NCBI GenBank assembly: GCA_965214405.1
Contig: OZ243956.1
Span: 4,128,001 to 4,192,000 of the forward strand
DNA from: Trueperaceae bacterium
Lineage (GTDB): Bacteria > Deinococcota > Deinococci > Deinococcales > Trueperaceae
Direction of reading: 5' to 3'
Length of the DNA: 64,000 nt
Position 1 is the first letter of the stretch, and each line of letters starts with the position of its first letter. The notes beneath the pieces are model-generated. The model was given only the letters and a program-made list of their open reading frames with translations, had not been told where the DNA came from and did no database searches. Made by a program: the position numbers and the translations under genes. Below, piece by piece: positions 19,634 to 29,802 of the stretch.

Positions 19634-21961
19634 TTGATGTTTATAAATGAGACGAATTTCGAGCAAGCACCCGCGACACCCCGTCAACGCGCTTCCCCCC
19701 TTTTTGGCTTCTTGACCCCTTTTCCGGCTGTTTTCCCAGCCCGTAACCCCAAGTACATAAGGGAGAGAACAGTGTGCTCGAGCGCAAACACAACGCAAAA
19801 GCCGCGGAGGCCAAACGTCCAACATCACATTTGCAGTGAAATTTGCAGTGAAATTTACAGTGAACGGCAGATTCAAGAAGGCGTCAAAATCAGAAAAAAT
19901 AGAGCGCCAGGTCGGGAGAGAACGCGCCGCACCGTTTTGGGTGTCTTCTTCTTGGCCCTACTCAGTGTTGCCTGGGCCGCCGGAGACGCGCCCGCCTACT
20001 TTTCAGAAGTCGCCATCCTCATCGTGGCGAGCGCGCTCATCGCCTACGGCTGCTTTCGCTTGGGGCTCGTGCCCATCGTCGGTTTTCTCGTGGCGGGCGT
20101 GCTGCTTAACCTCACGGGGCTCGTGACCGACATGGAGCTTATCGACGCGGTGGCGGAAATTGGCGTGATCTTGCTCCTTTTCACCATCGGCATCGAGTTT
20201 AGCTTGGACAACCTTATGCGCATTCAGCGGCTCATTTTTGTGGGCGGCGGCTTGCAGGTGGGTGTAACCATCGCGCTGGTCACGGGGCTGGGGCTTCTTT
20301 TCGGCGTGGACGCGCGCGCGGCGGTCTTTACGGGAATGCTCCTCGCGCTCTCGTCCACGGCGATTGTGCTCAAACTCCTCGCCAACCGCGGGGAGACGAA
20401 TGAGCCGCCGGGGCGGGTGTCGCTGGGCATTCTTATTTTCCAGGATTTGGCGGTCGTGGCGATGGTGATTCTTGTACCCATCCTGAGCGGCGCGGGCGCG
20501 TCTTTGGGCGACGTCGTCATCTCTTTGGGGAGCGCGGCGCTCATTATCGCCGCCATTCTCGTTCTCGCGCGGCGGGTGATGCCCAAGGTGCTGGAGGCTC
20601 TGGCGCGCACCTGTTCGCAAGAGATTTTTTTGTTGGGCGTCATCGCCATTTGTTTTGGCACCGCCTACTTGACCGGGCTGGCGGGGGTGAGCTTGTCGCT
20701 CGGCGCGTTTTTGGCGGGGCTTTTGGTGAGCGAGAGCCGCTTCGGCTCGCAGGCCTTGGGCGAGATTTTGCCCCTGCAAATCCTCTTTAGCGCGGCCTTT
20801 TTCGTGTCCATCGGTTTGCTCTTGGACGTGGGCTTTTTGCTGCAAAACCTTCTCCTTGTGCTCCTCGTCGTCGCGGGCGTGCTCGTGCTCAAGGCGGCTA
20901 TTACGACGCTCAGCGCTCGAGCCCTCGGCTACCCCTTAGGCACCGCGCTCGCCGCCGGGCTCATCCTCGCGCAGGTGGGCGAGTTTTCGTTTGTCTTAGA
21001 GCGCGCCGGGCGCGAGGTTGGGCTCTTCCCGGCGGGCTTGGCCGAAACGGGCGGGCAAACGTTCATCGCCGCGACGGTGCTGCTGATGGGCGTGACGCCC
21101 TTTTTGGCGGGCTTGGGTAGCACCTTAGGGCGGCGGTTGGGAACGCGTGAGGCCCCCGTCCCCGCTCAGCAAGAGAGAGAAACCTCACCCCAGCATGACC
21201 TAAACGACCACGTCATCATCGCGGGCTACGGCGCGGGCGGCAAAAAACTCGCCCACGCGCTAAAGCGTGAAAAAGTGCCCTTTCTGATCGTGACGTTAAG
21301 CCCCACCGGGGCGGCGGAGGCGGAAAAGGACGGTTTGGGGGCGATGCGCGGCGACTACGCGACGCGCTTTATCTTGGAGGAGGCGGGCGTGTTAAACGCC
21401 CGGATGCTCGCCATTTTGGACGACGCGCCCGAGCACGCGGCGCGCGTGGTTGGGCTTGTGCGGGGCGTGAGGGCGGACCTGCCCATTCTGGCCCGCACCC
21501 AGGTTTACCCGGACGCGCTCGAGCTCAAACGCGCGGGCGCGACGGTGGTCACCTCCGAAGAGGTCGAGAGCGTGGTGCCGCTCCTCAGCGCGGTGCTGGA
21601 CGCTTACGGTACGAGGCGAGGCAGCGAGGCCGCCCGCGCGCTCCTCTTAGAGGTCCTCCCCAACGTGAGTGCGGAAACGCTCGAGCTTAGGGCCGAAGAG
21701 CGCCGCTCGGACGCCTGCACCCACCAAGAACAAACCAAGGTCGTCACCCCCGAGGCCGACGTGTGTTTAGAATGCGTCGCGCTGGGCGACACCTGGGTCC
21801 ACCTGCGTGTTTGCATGACCTGCGGCCACGTGGGCTGCTGCGACTCGTCCAAAAACAAGCACGCCAGCGCGCACTTCGACAAGGTCGAGCATCCCATCAT
21901 CAAATCGTTGGAAAAGGGCGAAGCCTGGAGCTACTGCTACGTGGACAAAGCGACGCTCTAG
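19634..21961 (+). CDS. CPA2/Kef-type cation:proton antiporter with TrkA-N domain and C-terminal UBP-type zinc finger (true start probably near 19900)
   Basis: LLFTIGIEFS, ALSSTAIVLK, ILIFQDL, LAQVGEFSFV; IIAGYG; CLEC...HLRVCMTCGHVGCCDSSKNKHA. Confidence 0.92.
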   Translation: MMFINETNFEQAPATPRQRASPLFGFLTPFPAVFPARNPKYIRERTVCSSANTTQKPRRPNVQHHICSEICSEIYSERQIQEGVKIRKNRAPGRERTRRTVLGVFFLALLSVAWAAGDAPAYFSEVAILIVASALIAYGCFRLGLVPIVGFLVAGVLLNLTGLVTDMELIDAVAEIGVILLLFTIGIEFSLDNLMRIQRLIFVGGGLQVGVTIALVTGLGLLFGVDARAAVFTGMLLALSSTAIVLKLLANRGETNEPPGRVSLGILIFQDLAVVAMVILVPILSGAGASLGDVVISLGSAALIIAAILVLARRVMPKVLEALARTCSQEIFLLGVIAICFGTAYLTGLAGVSLSLGAFLAGLLVSESRFGSQALGEILPLQILFSAAFFVSIGLLLDVGFLLQNLLLVLLVVAGVLVLKAAITTLSARALGYPLGTALAAGLILAQVGEFSFVLERAGREVGLFPAGLAETGGQTFIAATVLLMGVTPFLAGLGSTLGRRLGTREAPVPAQQERETSPQHDLNDHVIIAGYGAGGKKLAHALKREKVPFLIVTLSPTGAAEAEKDGLGAMRGDYATRFILEEAGVLNARMLAILDDAPEHAARVVGLVRGVRADLPILARTQVYPDALELKRAGATVVTSEEVESVVPLLSAVLDAYGTRRGSEAARALLLEVLPNVSAETLELRAEERRSDACTHQEQTKVVTPEADVCLECVALGDTWVHLRVCMTCGHVGCCDSSKNKHASAHFDKVEHPIIKSLEKGEAWSYCYVDKATL

Positions 21962-21966
21962 CTTTT

Positions 21967-22560
21967 GTGCTCACCGTTCTCGTCATCGCCGCCGACCCGC
22001 TTATAAGAGCCGGGCTCGCGGCGCTCCTAGGCGCGCATGACGTTACCGTGGTGGCGGAACTCGAGCCCGAGGACGACGTAACGGCCTTTGTTGATGCGTC
22101 GCTCGACGCGGTGGTGTGGGAAGGCAGCGAGACGCCACCCCGCCTGCTCGTCCCGCTATTGGCTCTCATAACCGAAGGCGAGGAGGTTAGCGGCGCGTTG
22201 GAGGCCGGAGCGGCGGGCGTCCTCCTCAGAACCGCCGAGGGCGAGAAGATGGTGGCGGCGCTCCAGGCGGTGGTGGCGGGGTTAGTGGCGCTCGAGCCCG
22301 CCCTTACCGAGTTTTTGGGAGCCGAGAGTCATCAAGGAGGTGCGCCCTTTGGCGACCTCATCGACAATCTCACGCCGCGCGAGGCGCAGGTGCTGGGGCT
22401 GCTTTCCGAGGGCTTGTCCAACAAGGGGATTGCGAAGAGGCTCGAGATTAGCGAACACACCGTCAAATTTCACGTAAACGCGCTCTTGAGCAAATTCGGC
22501 GCGCGCACCCGCACGGAGGTGGTGGCGCGGGCGGTGGGGTCGGGGCTGGTGACGCTGTGA
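21967..22560 (+). CDS. LuxR/NarL-family regulator with degenerate receiver domain
   Basis: LTPREAQVL...GLSNKGIA...SEHTVKFHV HTH; receiver reads AADPL and VVWE instead of the canonical acidic residues. Confidence 0.9.
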   Translation: MLTVLVIAADPLIRAGLAALLGAHDVTVVAELEPEDDVTAFVDASLDAVVWEGSETPPRLLVPLLALITEGEEVSGALEAGAAGVLLRTAEGEKMVAALQAVVAGLVALEPALTEFLGAESHQGGAPFGDLIDNLTPREAQVLGLLSEGLSNKGIAKRLEISEHTVKFHVNALLSKFGARTRTEVVARAVGSGLVTL

Positions 22561-22574
22561 GCTTGCTTACAAAC

Positions 22575-25500
22575 TCAACTCTGCTGTTGACCCACGCGTT
22601 TCCACCAGCCGATGAGTTCCCGGTTTTCCGCCACGTTCAGGTATGAGCGCCGCAGCGCGGGGTCGGTGATGCGGGCGGCTCGAGCCTCGGTCACCCCACA
22701 AGCGCTCTCCAAAAGAGCCGGGGCGCGGGCGTCACCGTGCGCCAAAAGAACGCGGTAGAGGGTCAGGTAGATACGCCCCGGTTCGTCCGCTCCCTCTAAG
22801 CCGCGCCCCTCCAAAAACTGTACGACGGGTTCGGCAATCTCAAAAGCTTGTGCGCTTTCCCCTCGAGCCAACAAAGCCTCGGCCAACCCCGCTCGCGTTT
22901 GCGCGCCCATCGCCTTGTCCTCCAGGGTCTGCCAGCCGTCTTTGGCGCGCGCGAAGGCGTCCTGCGCCTCTTGCGGCCGTCCCCTTTCCAAAAAAACATA
23001 GCCCAGATGCAGATGAGTCCAGCTCAAAGGCTCGGGCAAGGCGAGGGCTTCGGCCACCCCTAGCGCCTCCCGCCCCGCGGCTTCGGCCTCATTCAAACGT
23101 CCCAACTTGCGGTAAGCGGCGCACAGGTGGTGTAGCGCGTGATTTTCCTGGACGCGGTAGCCTATCTCCCGGCTGAGCTTCAGCGAGCGTTCGTGCAGCG
23201 GCAGCGCGTGTTCAACCCTCCCCAACGCCTGCTCGATGCGTCCGAACAGGTCGACGATCGACGCTTCGTAAAACGTAAAGCCCGTTTCATGGGAAAGCTC
23301 GAGCGCCCTCTCTACCGTTTCACGGCTCACCCCGTAGTCACCCCGCTGAAACTGACAGAAGCTGAGGTACAAAAGCGCGGCTTGTTCTAAAGAACGGTTG
23401 CCGACGCGCCGGAGGATAAGGAGCGCCTCTTGTAAACACCTTTCAAACGCGCCCAAGTCACCCCTGATGTCGTGAACGAAGCCGATGTTGATGAGCAGGT
23501 CCGCTTCGACCGACGCGTGTCCACCCGCTCGAGCGCTTTCTAACCCCGCCTCTAAAAGCTCAGCCGCCGCTTCGGGACCCTCCAGGCGAAGACTGCTATG
23601 TCCCCAGGCCAAGTAAGCTTTCGCCTCGACGTAGCTCGCGCCCACCTCTTGGGCCAGACGAACGGCTTCCTGCGCCGTTTTGATGGAGGGCTCGAGCTTG
23701 CCCTGGACCCGCTGACAGCGGCAGAGTTCCATCAGGGCTCGAGCGCGAAAACGCTTGGCCTCACTACTTTCCGAGCCCTCAAAGCGCCGCGCCGCTTTAG
23801 AAAAGACCTCTTCTCCTTCGGCGTCGAGACCCATGAGCGTGTACATGTGTTCGAACGCGCTCACGCTTTGCTCTAAGCCGCTCAAGCGCCCCCGTTCCAC
23901 GGCCCAGCCCCAAGCCCGGCGCAGGTTGTCCAAGTCGGGTTGAAGTTTGCGTACCGCCTCTTTGGGAGCCTCGCCCTGCAGCGCACCATCACGCTTCACA
24001 AGCGCGTCTAAATAGTAGTCGCTATGTTGGGTCCGCATCGCCGTCTCGTTTTGGGCCGCCAACTTTTCTTCAGCAAACTGCCGGAGAAGTTCGTGTACGC
24101 TGTAGCGTCCCGCACCCGAACTCCGTACCAGCGTTTTATAACGCAAACGGGTGAGGCTCAAGGGCGTCGCCCCGGCCACCTCGGCGGCGGCGCGTGCGCT
24201 AAAGCCGCCGCGAAAAACCGACAAGCGCGCGAAAACCGCCCGCTCTTTCTCGGTGAGCAGGTCCCAGGAACGTTCGAACACCGCCCGAAAACTGCGCTGA
24301 TGGGGCGGGGCGTCTCGCAAGTCGGTCGCCAGAAAATCGAGGTCGCCCTCCACGGCGTCACCTATCTCGCCGAGGCTCATGGTTCCAATCCAGGTCACCG
24401 CCAGCTCGATGGCGAGGGGCAAGCCCTCGACCGACCGGCAGATGCGCGTGACCTCCGGCAGGGTGTCACGGTTCAGCCGGAAACCCTTGTCGAGCCGCTT
24501 GGCCCGGTCCAAAAAGAGGCGCACCGAGGCGCAGCCGCTCGCCTCCGCCGGGTTTCCGTCGGCGCCGCCCGTGGGCACGGGCAAACCGCGCAGACGGTAG
24601 AGGTCCTCGGCCTGCACGTTGAGGCGTTCGCGCGAGGTCACGAGCAGCGCGACTTTGGGGGCGCGCTGTAAAAGCTCGAGCACCCACGCCACCCCCTCCA
24701 TAAGGTGCTCGAAGTTGTCGAGCACCAGGAGCATCTTTTTATCTTCCAAAGCCCTGAGCACCTGTTCGCGCGGCCCCTCCCGCGGCGCGCCCAAGGTCAG
24801 CTCCAACGCCTGCGCGACAGCCGTGGGCAAGGCCTCGGCGGACCCCACACCGACAAGCGGGACAAAGAAAACCCCGTCGGAAAAGCTTATGAGCTGTTCT
24901 CGGGCCGCCTCGAGCGCCAGCCGCGTTTTACCGATGCCGCCCGGACCCACCAGCGAAAGCAGGCGGTAACCGGGGTCGCCTAAACGCGCCGCCAAGTCCC
25001 CCAATTCCGTTTCGCGCCCAATAAAAGGCGTGAGGTGAAGGGGCAGGTTGTGAGGCGGCGTTTCTGCCTTACGACCCTCTGCTTTGGGGAAGTCCGCGAC
25101 AGCCTCACCCTCTCGGATGCGCGCTGCCAGAGCGGTTGTCGCCGCCGTGGGCTCCACACCCAGCTCTTCGGCCAAAAGCGTGCGGCACGTTTCGAACTGC
25201 GCCAGGGCCGCGCTGCGCTCTCCCTGGAGCGCCAGCGCCCGGACGAGTTGCCGGTGCGCCTCTTCGCGCCACGGCTCTAAAGCGAGCTGCCGCCGCGCAT
25301 AAAACTGCGCCCTGGCGAAGTCTTCGCGCGCCCCAAACACCGCTGCGAGTGCGAACATCAGTTCCAGAGCCCGCTGCCGGAACCTTTCCCTTTCGACCAA
25401 GAGCCACTCCTCAAAGGGTTCGCTGTCCCGAACCGACACACCCTCGAGCAGGTCGCCGCGAAAAAGTTCGGCGGCCGCCTCGAGCCGCGCCACGCAGTCG

Positions 25501-25889
25501 GGACACGCGGCCAAGTCGGGGTGAGCGTGCGCCTCGACCTCTCCTAAAAGGTTCGAAAAAGCGCGCGTATCGAGAAAAACCTCCGGCGAAAGGTCCAACT
25601 GAAGCGTTTGCCGCGCGGCTTTGAGGAGCGGCTTCTCGTCATCCCCTTCTTTTAGGGCGCGCTTTAGGCGCGACAGGGTCTGGCGCAAGTTGGCCTTCCC
25701 TGCGCGTTCGGACTTGTCCGGCCAGAAGAGCGCCGCCAGCGCCTCGCGCCGGTGGGGTCGGTCGGCCTCCAAAGCAAGAAACGCCAACAAGGCCCTCGCT
25801 TTGTCCGACCTGAAAGACGTGAGCGCTACGTCGTCACGACTCGCGTGGAAGGTGCCGAGAAATTTAAGAGAGAGTGGGGACATCGTCAT
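22575..25889 (-). CDS. SARP/BTAD transcriptional regulator with NB-ARC-like ATPase and TPR repeats
   Basis: N-terminal wHTH and BTAD (LEPWREEAHRQL); Walker A GPGGIGKT, LVLDNFEH, GLPLAIEL; C-terminal TPRs. Confidence 0.93.
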   Translation of the reverse strand: MTMSPLSLKFLGTFHASRDDVALTSFRSDKARALLAFLALEADRPHRREALAALFWPDKSERAGKANLRQTLSRLKRALKEGDDEKPLLKAARQTLQLDLSPEVFLDTRAFSNLLGEVEAHAHPDLAACPDCVARLEAAAELFRGDLLEGVSVRDSEPFEEWLLVERERFRQRALELMFALAAVFGAREDFARAQFYARRQLALEPWREEAHRQLVRALALQGERSAALAQFETCRTLLAEELGVEPTAATTALAARIREGEAVADFPKAEGRKAETPPHNLPLHLTPFIGRETELGDLAARLGDPGYRLLSLVGPGGIGKTRLALEAAREQLISFSDGVFFVPLVGVGSAEALPTAVAQALELTLGAPREGPREQVLRALEDKKMLLVLDNFEHLMEGVAWVLELLQRAPKVALLVTSRERLNVQAEDLYRLRGLPVPTGGADGNPAEASGCASVRLFLDRAKRLDKGFRLNRDTLPEVTRICRSVEGLPLAIELAVTWIGTMSLGEIGDAVEGDLDFLATDLRDAPPHQRSFRAVFERSWDLLTEKERAVFARLSVFRGGFSARAAAEVAGATPLSLTRLRYKTLVRSSGAGRYSVHELLRQFAEEKLAAQNETAMRTQHSDYYLDALVKRDGALQGEAPKEAVRKLQPDLDNLRRAWGWAVERGRLSGLEQSVSAFEHMYTLMGLDAEGEEVFSKAARRFEGSESSEAKRFRARALMELCRCQRVQGKLEPSIKTAQEAVRLAQEVGASYVEAKAYLAWGHSSLRLEGPEAAAELLEAGLESARAGGHASVEADLLINIGFVHDIRGDLGAFERCLQEALLILRRVGNRSLEQAALLYLSFCQFQRGDYGVSRETVERALELSHETGFTFYEASIVDLFGRIEQALGRVEHALPLHERSLKLSREIGYRVQENHALHHLCAAYRKLGRLNEAEAAGREALGVAEALALPEPLSWTHLHLGYVFLERGRPQEAQDAFARAKDGWQTLEDKAMGAQTRAGLAEALLARGESAQAFEIAEPVVQFLEGRGLEGADEPGRIYLTLYRVLLAHGDARAPALLESACGVTEARAARITDPALRRSYLNVAENRELIGWWKRVGQQQS

Positions 25890-25991
25890 CTCGACCTTCT
25901 GTCTGAGAGTCTACAAACCGGCCTATCCAAGGCGGGACACTGGCTCAAAAATCTTTTCCGTTTCCGGCATTATAACCGCCACAACTGCAAG

Positions 25992-26025
25992 TGGTCACGT
26001 TTTGGTCACGCGCGTCCTCTAAAGT
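25992..26025 (+). promoter_or_regulatory. Putative SARP operator and -10 box
   Basis: TGGTCACG twice at 11-bp spacing (25992, 26003), 9 bp gap, TAAAGT, ATG 7 nt later. Confidence 0.6.
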
Positions 26026-26032
26026 CGTCCTC

Positions 26033-26254
26033 ATGAAGCGTACAAGCAGCGCCGCCCCCGAACGCTACCGCGCTTTTTTGGTGCGCATGTGGCGCATTGA
26101 AACCGGCGAGGCGTGGCGGGTGTCCGTGGAGGGCGTTGGAGACGACCAGCGCCGCGGGTTCCCGGATTTGGACGCGGCTTTTACCTTTCTGCAACATCAG
26201 CTTTCTGCCACCCCAAAAGGAGGTGAGGAGGACGCACCGGACGAAACGACCTGA
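26033..26254 (+). CDS. Small conserved hypothetical protein divergent from the SARP ATPase
   Basis: YRAFLVRMWR...WRVSVE...RRGFPDLDAAFTFL pattern, which I recall beside such regulators. Confidence 0.7.
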   Translation: MKRTSSAAPERYRAFLVRMWRIETGEAWRVSVEGVGDDQRRGFPDLDAAFTFLQHQLSATPKGGEEDAPDETT

Positions 26255-26347
26255 CGCGGCAACGAGGGCGACGCACTGCGTAATACACACTGCGTGGGAC
26301 ACGCTGCCCGACACGCCTTTTACTAATTTTACCGACGGAGGTTAACC

Positions 26348-27073
26348 ATGAACATCCCACAAACGTCACGCACATCACGAGCAACGAGCGAGACTTCTTA
26401 CACCACGTCTTCTCACATCACGCCTGCGCCGCCGACCTCGCTCAGAGCGCTGCACGGGCTCCTCGAGGTCACGACGGCTTTGCACGACCTCACCACGCTG
26501 AGCCGCCAGCTTTGCGAGACGTACTTTTCGCAAGAACACGCACAAAACCATCTCACCCCCGCCCCGCCCGAAGCCTGGCAACCCCTGTGCGACGCGCTTA
26601 ACGAACTCCGCGGGCGCTTGGGGGACAACCTCGTTTGCGCCGAGCAACTTCTGGCCCGACGGCCCTCTCCTGGGGGTGCGCTCCCGATAACCCTGGACTG
26701 GCACCTTCAGGCGAAACGCCGCGGTTTGCTCGAGCTTTTCGACCACTACCGCGTGGACCCCCGCATCGTCCGGGCCATCGACGAGACGCTGACCGAAGAT
26801 GCGGGCGCGGTTTTAGAGCTGCTTGAGCGCGACTGGCAGGGCGACCTGCTCGCCTTTTTGGACGAACTGCTCGGTACGTTTCAAGCCTTGGCCCCGGCGC
26901 TCGAGAAGGCTAAAGACGCCCCCACCCAGTCCCACCTGCTCGTGGTCCTTGCGCCCGCCGACGCCGACTGTGGCGACGACGTGCCCTTCGACATTTTCGC
27001 GGACACCCCGAGCGTGACGGACTTAGAACTCACCCTCGCCGCCATCGCCTCTTACGCGGTGCTAAGCGCGTGA
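26348..27073 (+). CDS. Hypothetical helical protein
   Basis: GGAGG RBS; stop overlaps the next gene start (GTGA). Confidence 0.7.
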   Translation: MNIPQTSRTSRATSETSYTTSSHITPAPPTSLRALHGLLEVTTALHDLTTLSRQLCETYFSQEHAQNHLTPAPPEAWQPLCDALNELRGRLGDNLVCAEQLLARRPSPGGALPITLDWHLQAKRRGLLELFDHYRVDPRIVRAIDETLTEDAGAVLELLERDWQGDLLAFLDELLGTFQALAPALEKAKDAPTQSHLLVVLAPADADCGDDVPFDIFADTPSVTDLELTLAAIASYAVLSA

Positions 27074-28059
27074 ACATTGGGGCGCTGAATAACGGGACGC
27101 TGAATACCGGGACGCCCTCGAGCCTTTACGGTTCAAAAGACAGTCCGACGCAAGCCGGATTGTCTCGAGGGGATAGCGAACCCGGCAAGGTTCGCCTCAG
27201 CGCCGCCAAGAGGGCGCAGCGTACCCTCCTGCGCCTCTTGTGCTTGTCGGCCCCGGCGCTGGGCGACGGGTTGGCGTGGCGTCACTTTACCCGTCCCAGA
27301 AGGCTCGCGCGTTACGACCCCCAGAGCTTGCCCAAAGGTGCCCAGGGGTTTCGGCTGCCCTACAAAAAGGCTCACCTTAGCGGTTACGTCTGGGGCGAGG
27401 GTGACAAGACCGTCTATCTGGTTCACGGCTGGGAGAGTCATCTGGGGCACATGGCGGGTTTTGTCGCGCCGCCCCTCGGGGCGGGGTACAGGGTCGTCGC
27501 GTTCGACATGCCGGGGCACGGGAGGTCCGCGGGAGGAGCCACGGATTTGCTCGACTTCGCGGGAGCGCTCGAGCACGTTATAGAGGCCAAAGGCGCGGCT
27601 TACGGCGTCGTCGCCCACTCTTGCGGCGCGACGGCGACCCTGCTCTCGCTGGCGCGGAATTCACGTGTACCCGCACGGGTCGCGCTGGTCGCGCCCATGC
27701 GCTCGTTGGAGGAGCACGTCGCTATCTTTGCCACCGTCGCAGGCTTGTCCGCCCACGCAAAAAACCGCCTGGTGACCCGGCTCGAGGCGCAGCTAGGCTC
27801 GCCCTTATCGGAAACGGACGCCCTCAAAACCGCCGCGCGCTTGCCCTCGGGCGGGCTCATCCTGCACGACCGCGACGACCGGTTCATCCCCCACAGTACG
27901 GGGCAGGCCGTCGCCACCGCGTGGCGAAGCGCCTTACACACGACCACCGGTCTTGGGCATAGGAAAATCTTGAGCGACCCCGAGGTTATTCGTAAGGTCT
28001 CGAGCTACCTGACGAACGAGGCGTCACCCTCGCAGCCGTCGCCGCTTACGCGGTGCTGA
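27070..28059 (+). CDS. Alpha/beta hydrolase
   Basis: VHGWES, FDMPGHG, nucleophile elbow AHSCG, HDRDD and GLGH motifs. Confidence 0.88.
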   Translation: MNIGALNNGTLNTGTPSSLYGSKDSPTQAGLSRGDSEPGKVRLSAAKRAQRTLLRLLCLSAPALGDGLAWRHFTRPRRLARYDPQSLPKGAQGFRLPYKKAHLSGYVWGEGDKTVYLVHGWESHLGHMAGFVAPPLGAGYRVVAFDMPGHGRSAGGATDLLDFAGALEHVIEAKGAAYGVVAHSCGATATLLSLARNSRVPARVALVAPMRSLEEHVAIFATVAGLSAHAKNRLVTRLEAQLGSPLSETDALKTAARLPSGGLILHDRDDRFIPHSTGQAVATAWRSALHTTTGLGHRKILSDPEVIRKVSSYLTNEASPSQPSPLTRC

Positions 28060-28180
28060 GCGAAAACCGGGACGCTCTCGAGCCCTTTACAACTACGCGA
28101 AGTCTGAAGGTTCAGACGTTAGAGACACAGTATTGAGCGACAGGCAGAAACACAAACTGGAGAAACAGAAAGGAAACACC

Positions 28181-28648
28181 ATGTTTGCAACCCTGAGAAA
28201 AGCCAAGTCCATAACGGTGCTCATCCTTGCCGCGGCGACCCTCCTCTTTTTAGGTGCCTGCTCCGACTCTTTCGAAGCCGACACCGAACGGGCCGAACGC
28301 TTGACGGGCTACTTCAACGAGGCCGACCTCAACAGAGATGGTTTTATCGAAAGGTTCGAAATCGACGCCGCAGCCGACGCCGAGTTCGACGCGCTCGATT
28401 ACAACAACGACGGCGTGGTAACGATTGAAGATATCTACAACGACGAGCAAGCCTACCCCGAGGATTTTGACGAGCTCGAGCGCGTCTTAGACGTGTCCCA
28501 CCACTTGCCCTACGACTTGAACGGCGACGGCGTCATCACTCGAGCGGAGTTCCGCAGCTACCTAGAAACCGAACTGATCGCCAAAATGGACACGGACAAC
28601 GACGGTCGCATAAGTTTTGCCGAGTACCGCGCTTATGAAAACTTTTAG
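28181..28648 (+). CDS. EF-hand (Ca-binding) lipoprotein
   Basis: Lipobox LGAC; four DxNxDG-type loops: DLNRDGFIE, DYNNDGVVT, DLNGDGVIT, DTDNDGRIS. Confidence 0.88.
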   Translation: MFATLRKAKSITVLILAAATLLFLGACSDSFEADTERAERLTGYFNEADLNRDGFIERFEIDAAADAEFDALDYNNDGVVTIEDIYNDEQAYPEDFDELERVLDVSHHLPYDLNGDGVITRAEFRSYLETELIAKMDTDNDGRISFAEYRAYENF

Positions 28649-29057
28649 GGAGAACAGCACGTTCCTGCCTATAAAAAGGTGGGCGCGGCTCCTGACGCTG
28701 GTCGGCACGCTTACAGTTTTGGCTCAGTTCGGCGCGACAGCCAGCGCGATGTGTATTTACAACTCTACCGACAAAGAAATTTATGTCGAGTTCGATTGTG
28801 GGTGGTTTTGCGAAAACGATTGGACAACCGAACCCCAAAACCACTACTGTCGTGCCGGTAAGAAAGGCACCTTCAAGGCCGGACTTCTCTTGCAAGCGCA
28901 AGCCACGGTCCAGTTCGACGTTGACGCCCACGGTTGGGTGGAAATCGTTCCTGTCGATCAGGTCTACGTTCAGGCCTGCGCTTACGCAAAGAGCGGCGAG
29001 CGTCAAACGTGTAGGACTTGGAATTTTTATGACCCTACGGATGTAAAAAATTACTGA
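28635..29057 (+). CDS. Cys-rich secreted protein, tandem paralog 1
   Basis: Signal peptide ASA|MCIYN; 6 Cys; HGWVE motif. Confidence 0.82.
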   Translation: MKTFRENSTFLPIKRWARLLTLVGTLTVLAQFGATASAMCIYNSTDKEIYVEFDCGWFCENDWTTEPQNHYCRAGKKGTFKAGLLLQAQATVQFDVDAHGWVEIVPVDQVYVQACAYAKSGERQTCRTWNFYDPTDVKNY

Positions 29058-29201
29058 CCGGACACGGACAAGCAACCAACGCCTGCTTGGTTATCAGTGG
29101 GCCTTTGCTGGGCAAATCGGACCCAAAAGTCCATCCCTGCGGAGAGTGACGTCCCAAACCGCTTCGCCACACGCCGGGACTCGAACTTCAGAAAGGAAGG
29201 T

Positions 29202-29648
29202 ATGTTCGCAAAACAAAAAAGAGTCACCCTGCTTTTGACCGTGGTCGGCGCGTTCGTGCTCTTCGCTTCAACGGCCAGCGCGATGTGCGTTTACAACTAC
29301 ACGGACGAAAAGGTTTCTGTAGAGTTCATCTGCGGTTTCACCTGCCAAAACGACTGGACGCTCGACCCCGCTACCGACCCCGACGGCGGCGTCCAGTGCC
29401 GTCCGGGTAAGGGCGGCGGCCTCAACGCGGGGTACTACGTGAACAGCTCCGGCGTGGGCCAATTCACCGTCATCCTTCCCGTCGAGAAGAACGGCTGGGC
29501 GGAACTGAGAACGCTCGCTTCGGGTGACGTTCAGGTTTGTTCTTACGCTCAAAACCGTTCGCTGAAAGCGTGTCAGAGCTACGACCCCGAGAACTCGGTA
29601 GCACCGCCACGAACCCTCAGTTCACCTGGCAACGCTCGAGGCCACTGA
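29202..29648 (+). CDS. Cys-rich secreted protein, tandem paralog 2
   Basis: AAGGAAGG RBS; ASA|MCVYN; 6 Cys; NGWAE motif. Confidence 0.85.
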   Translation: MFAKQKRVTLLLTVVGAFVLFASTASAMCVYNYTDEKVSVEFICGFTCQNDWTLDPATDPDGGVQCRPGKGGGLNAGYYVNSSGVGQFTVILPVEKNGWAELRTLASGDVQVCSYAQNRSLKACQSYDPENSVAPPRTLSSPGNARGH

Positions 29649-29734
29649 CCCGGCTTGGCAACAACGCCGCACGTCACCCGGTCTGCGCCTACCAGCCCAA
29701 CGAAGACCCCCGAGCCCGCTCCTGCGCACCCTTC
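29648..29734 (+). pseudogene. Relic C-terminal fragment of a further paralog
   Basis: TRLGNNAARHPVCAYQPNEDPRARSCAPF aligns with paralog C-termini such as RRLHNNGLQACAFKQDGSDGGCKVF. Confidence 0.5.
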
Positions 29735-29802
29735 GGGATTGCCGACATACAGTTCCTCACAGTCTTACGCGAGCAGCCCATTTCAGAAGTTGAAAGGTTA
29801 TC

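Noticed and set aside
26274..26316. CACTGCGT x2 and GACACGC x2 as extra SARP boxes
   Set aside because: Spacings of 14 and 12 bp do not fit the 11-bp periodicity and no clear -10 box follows.
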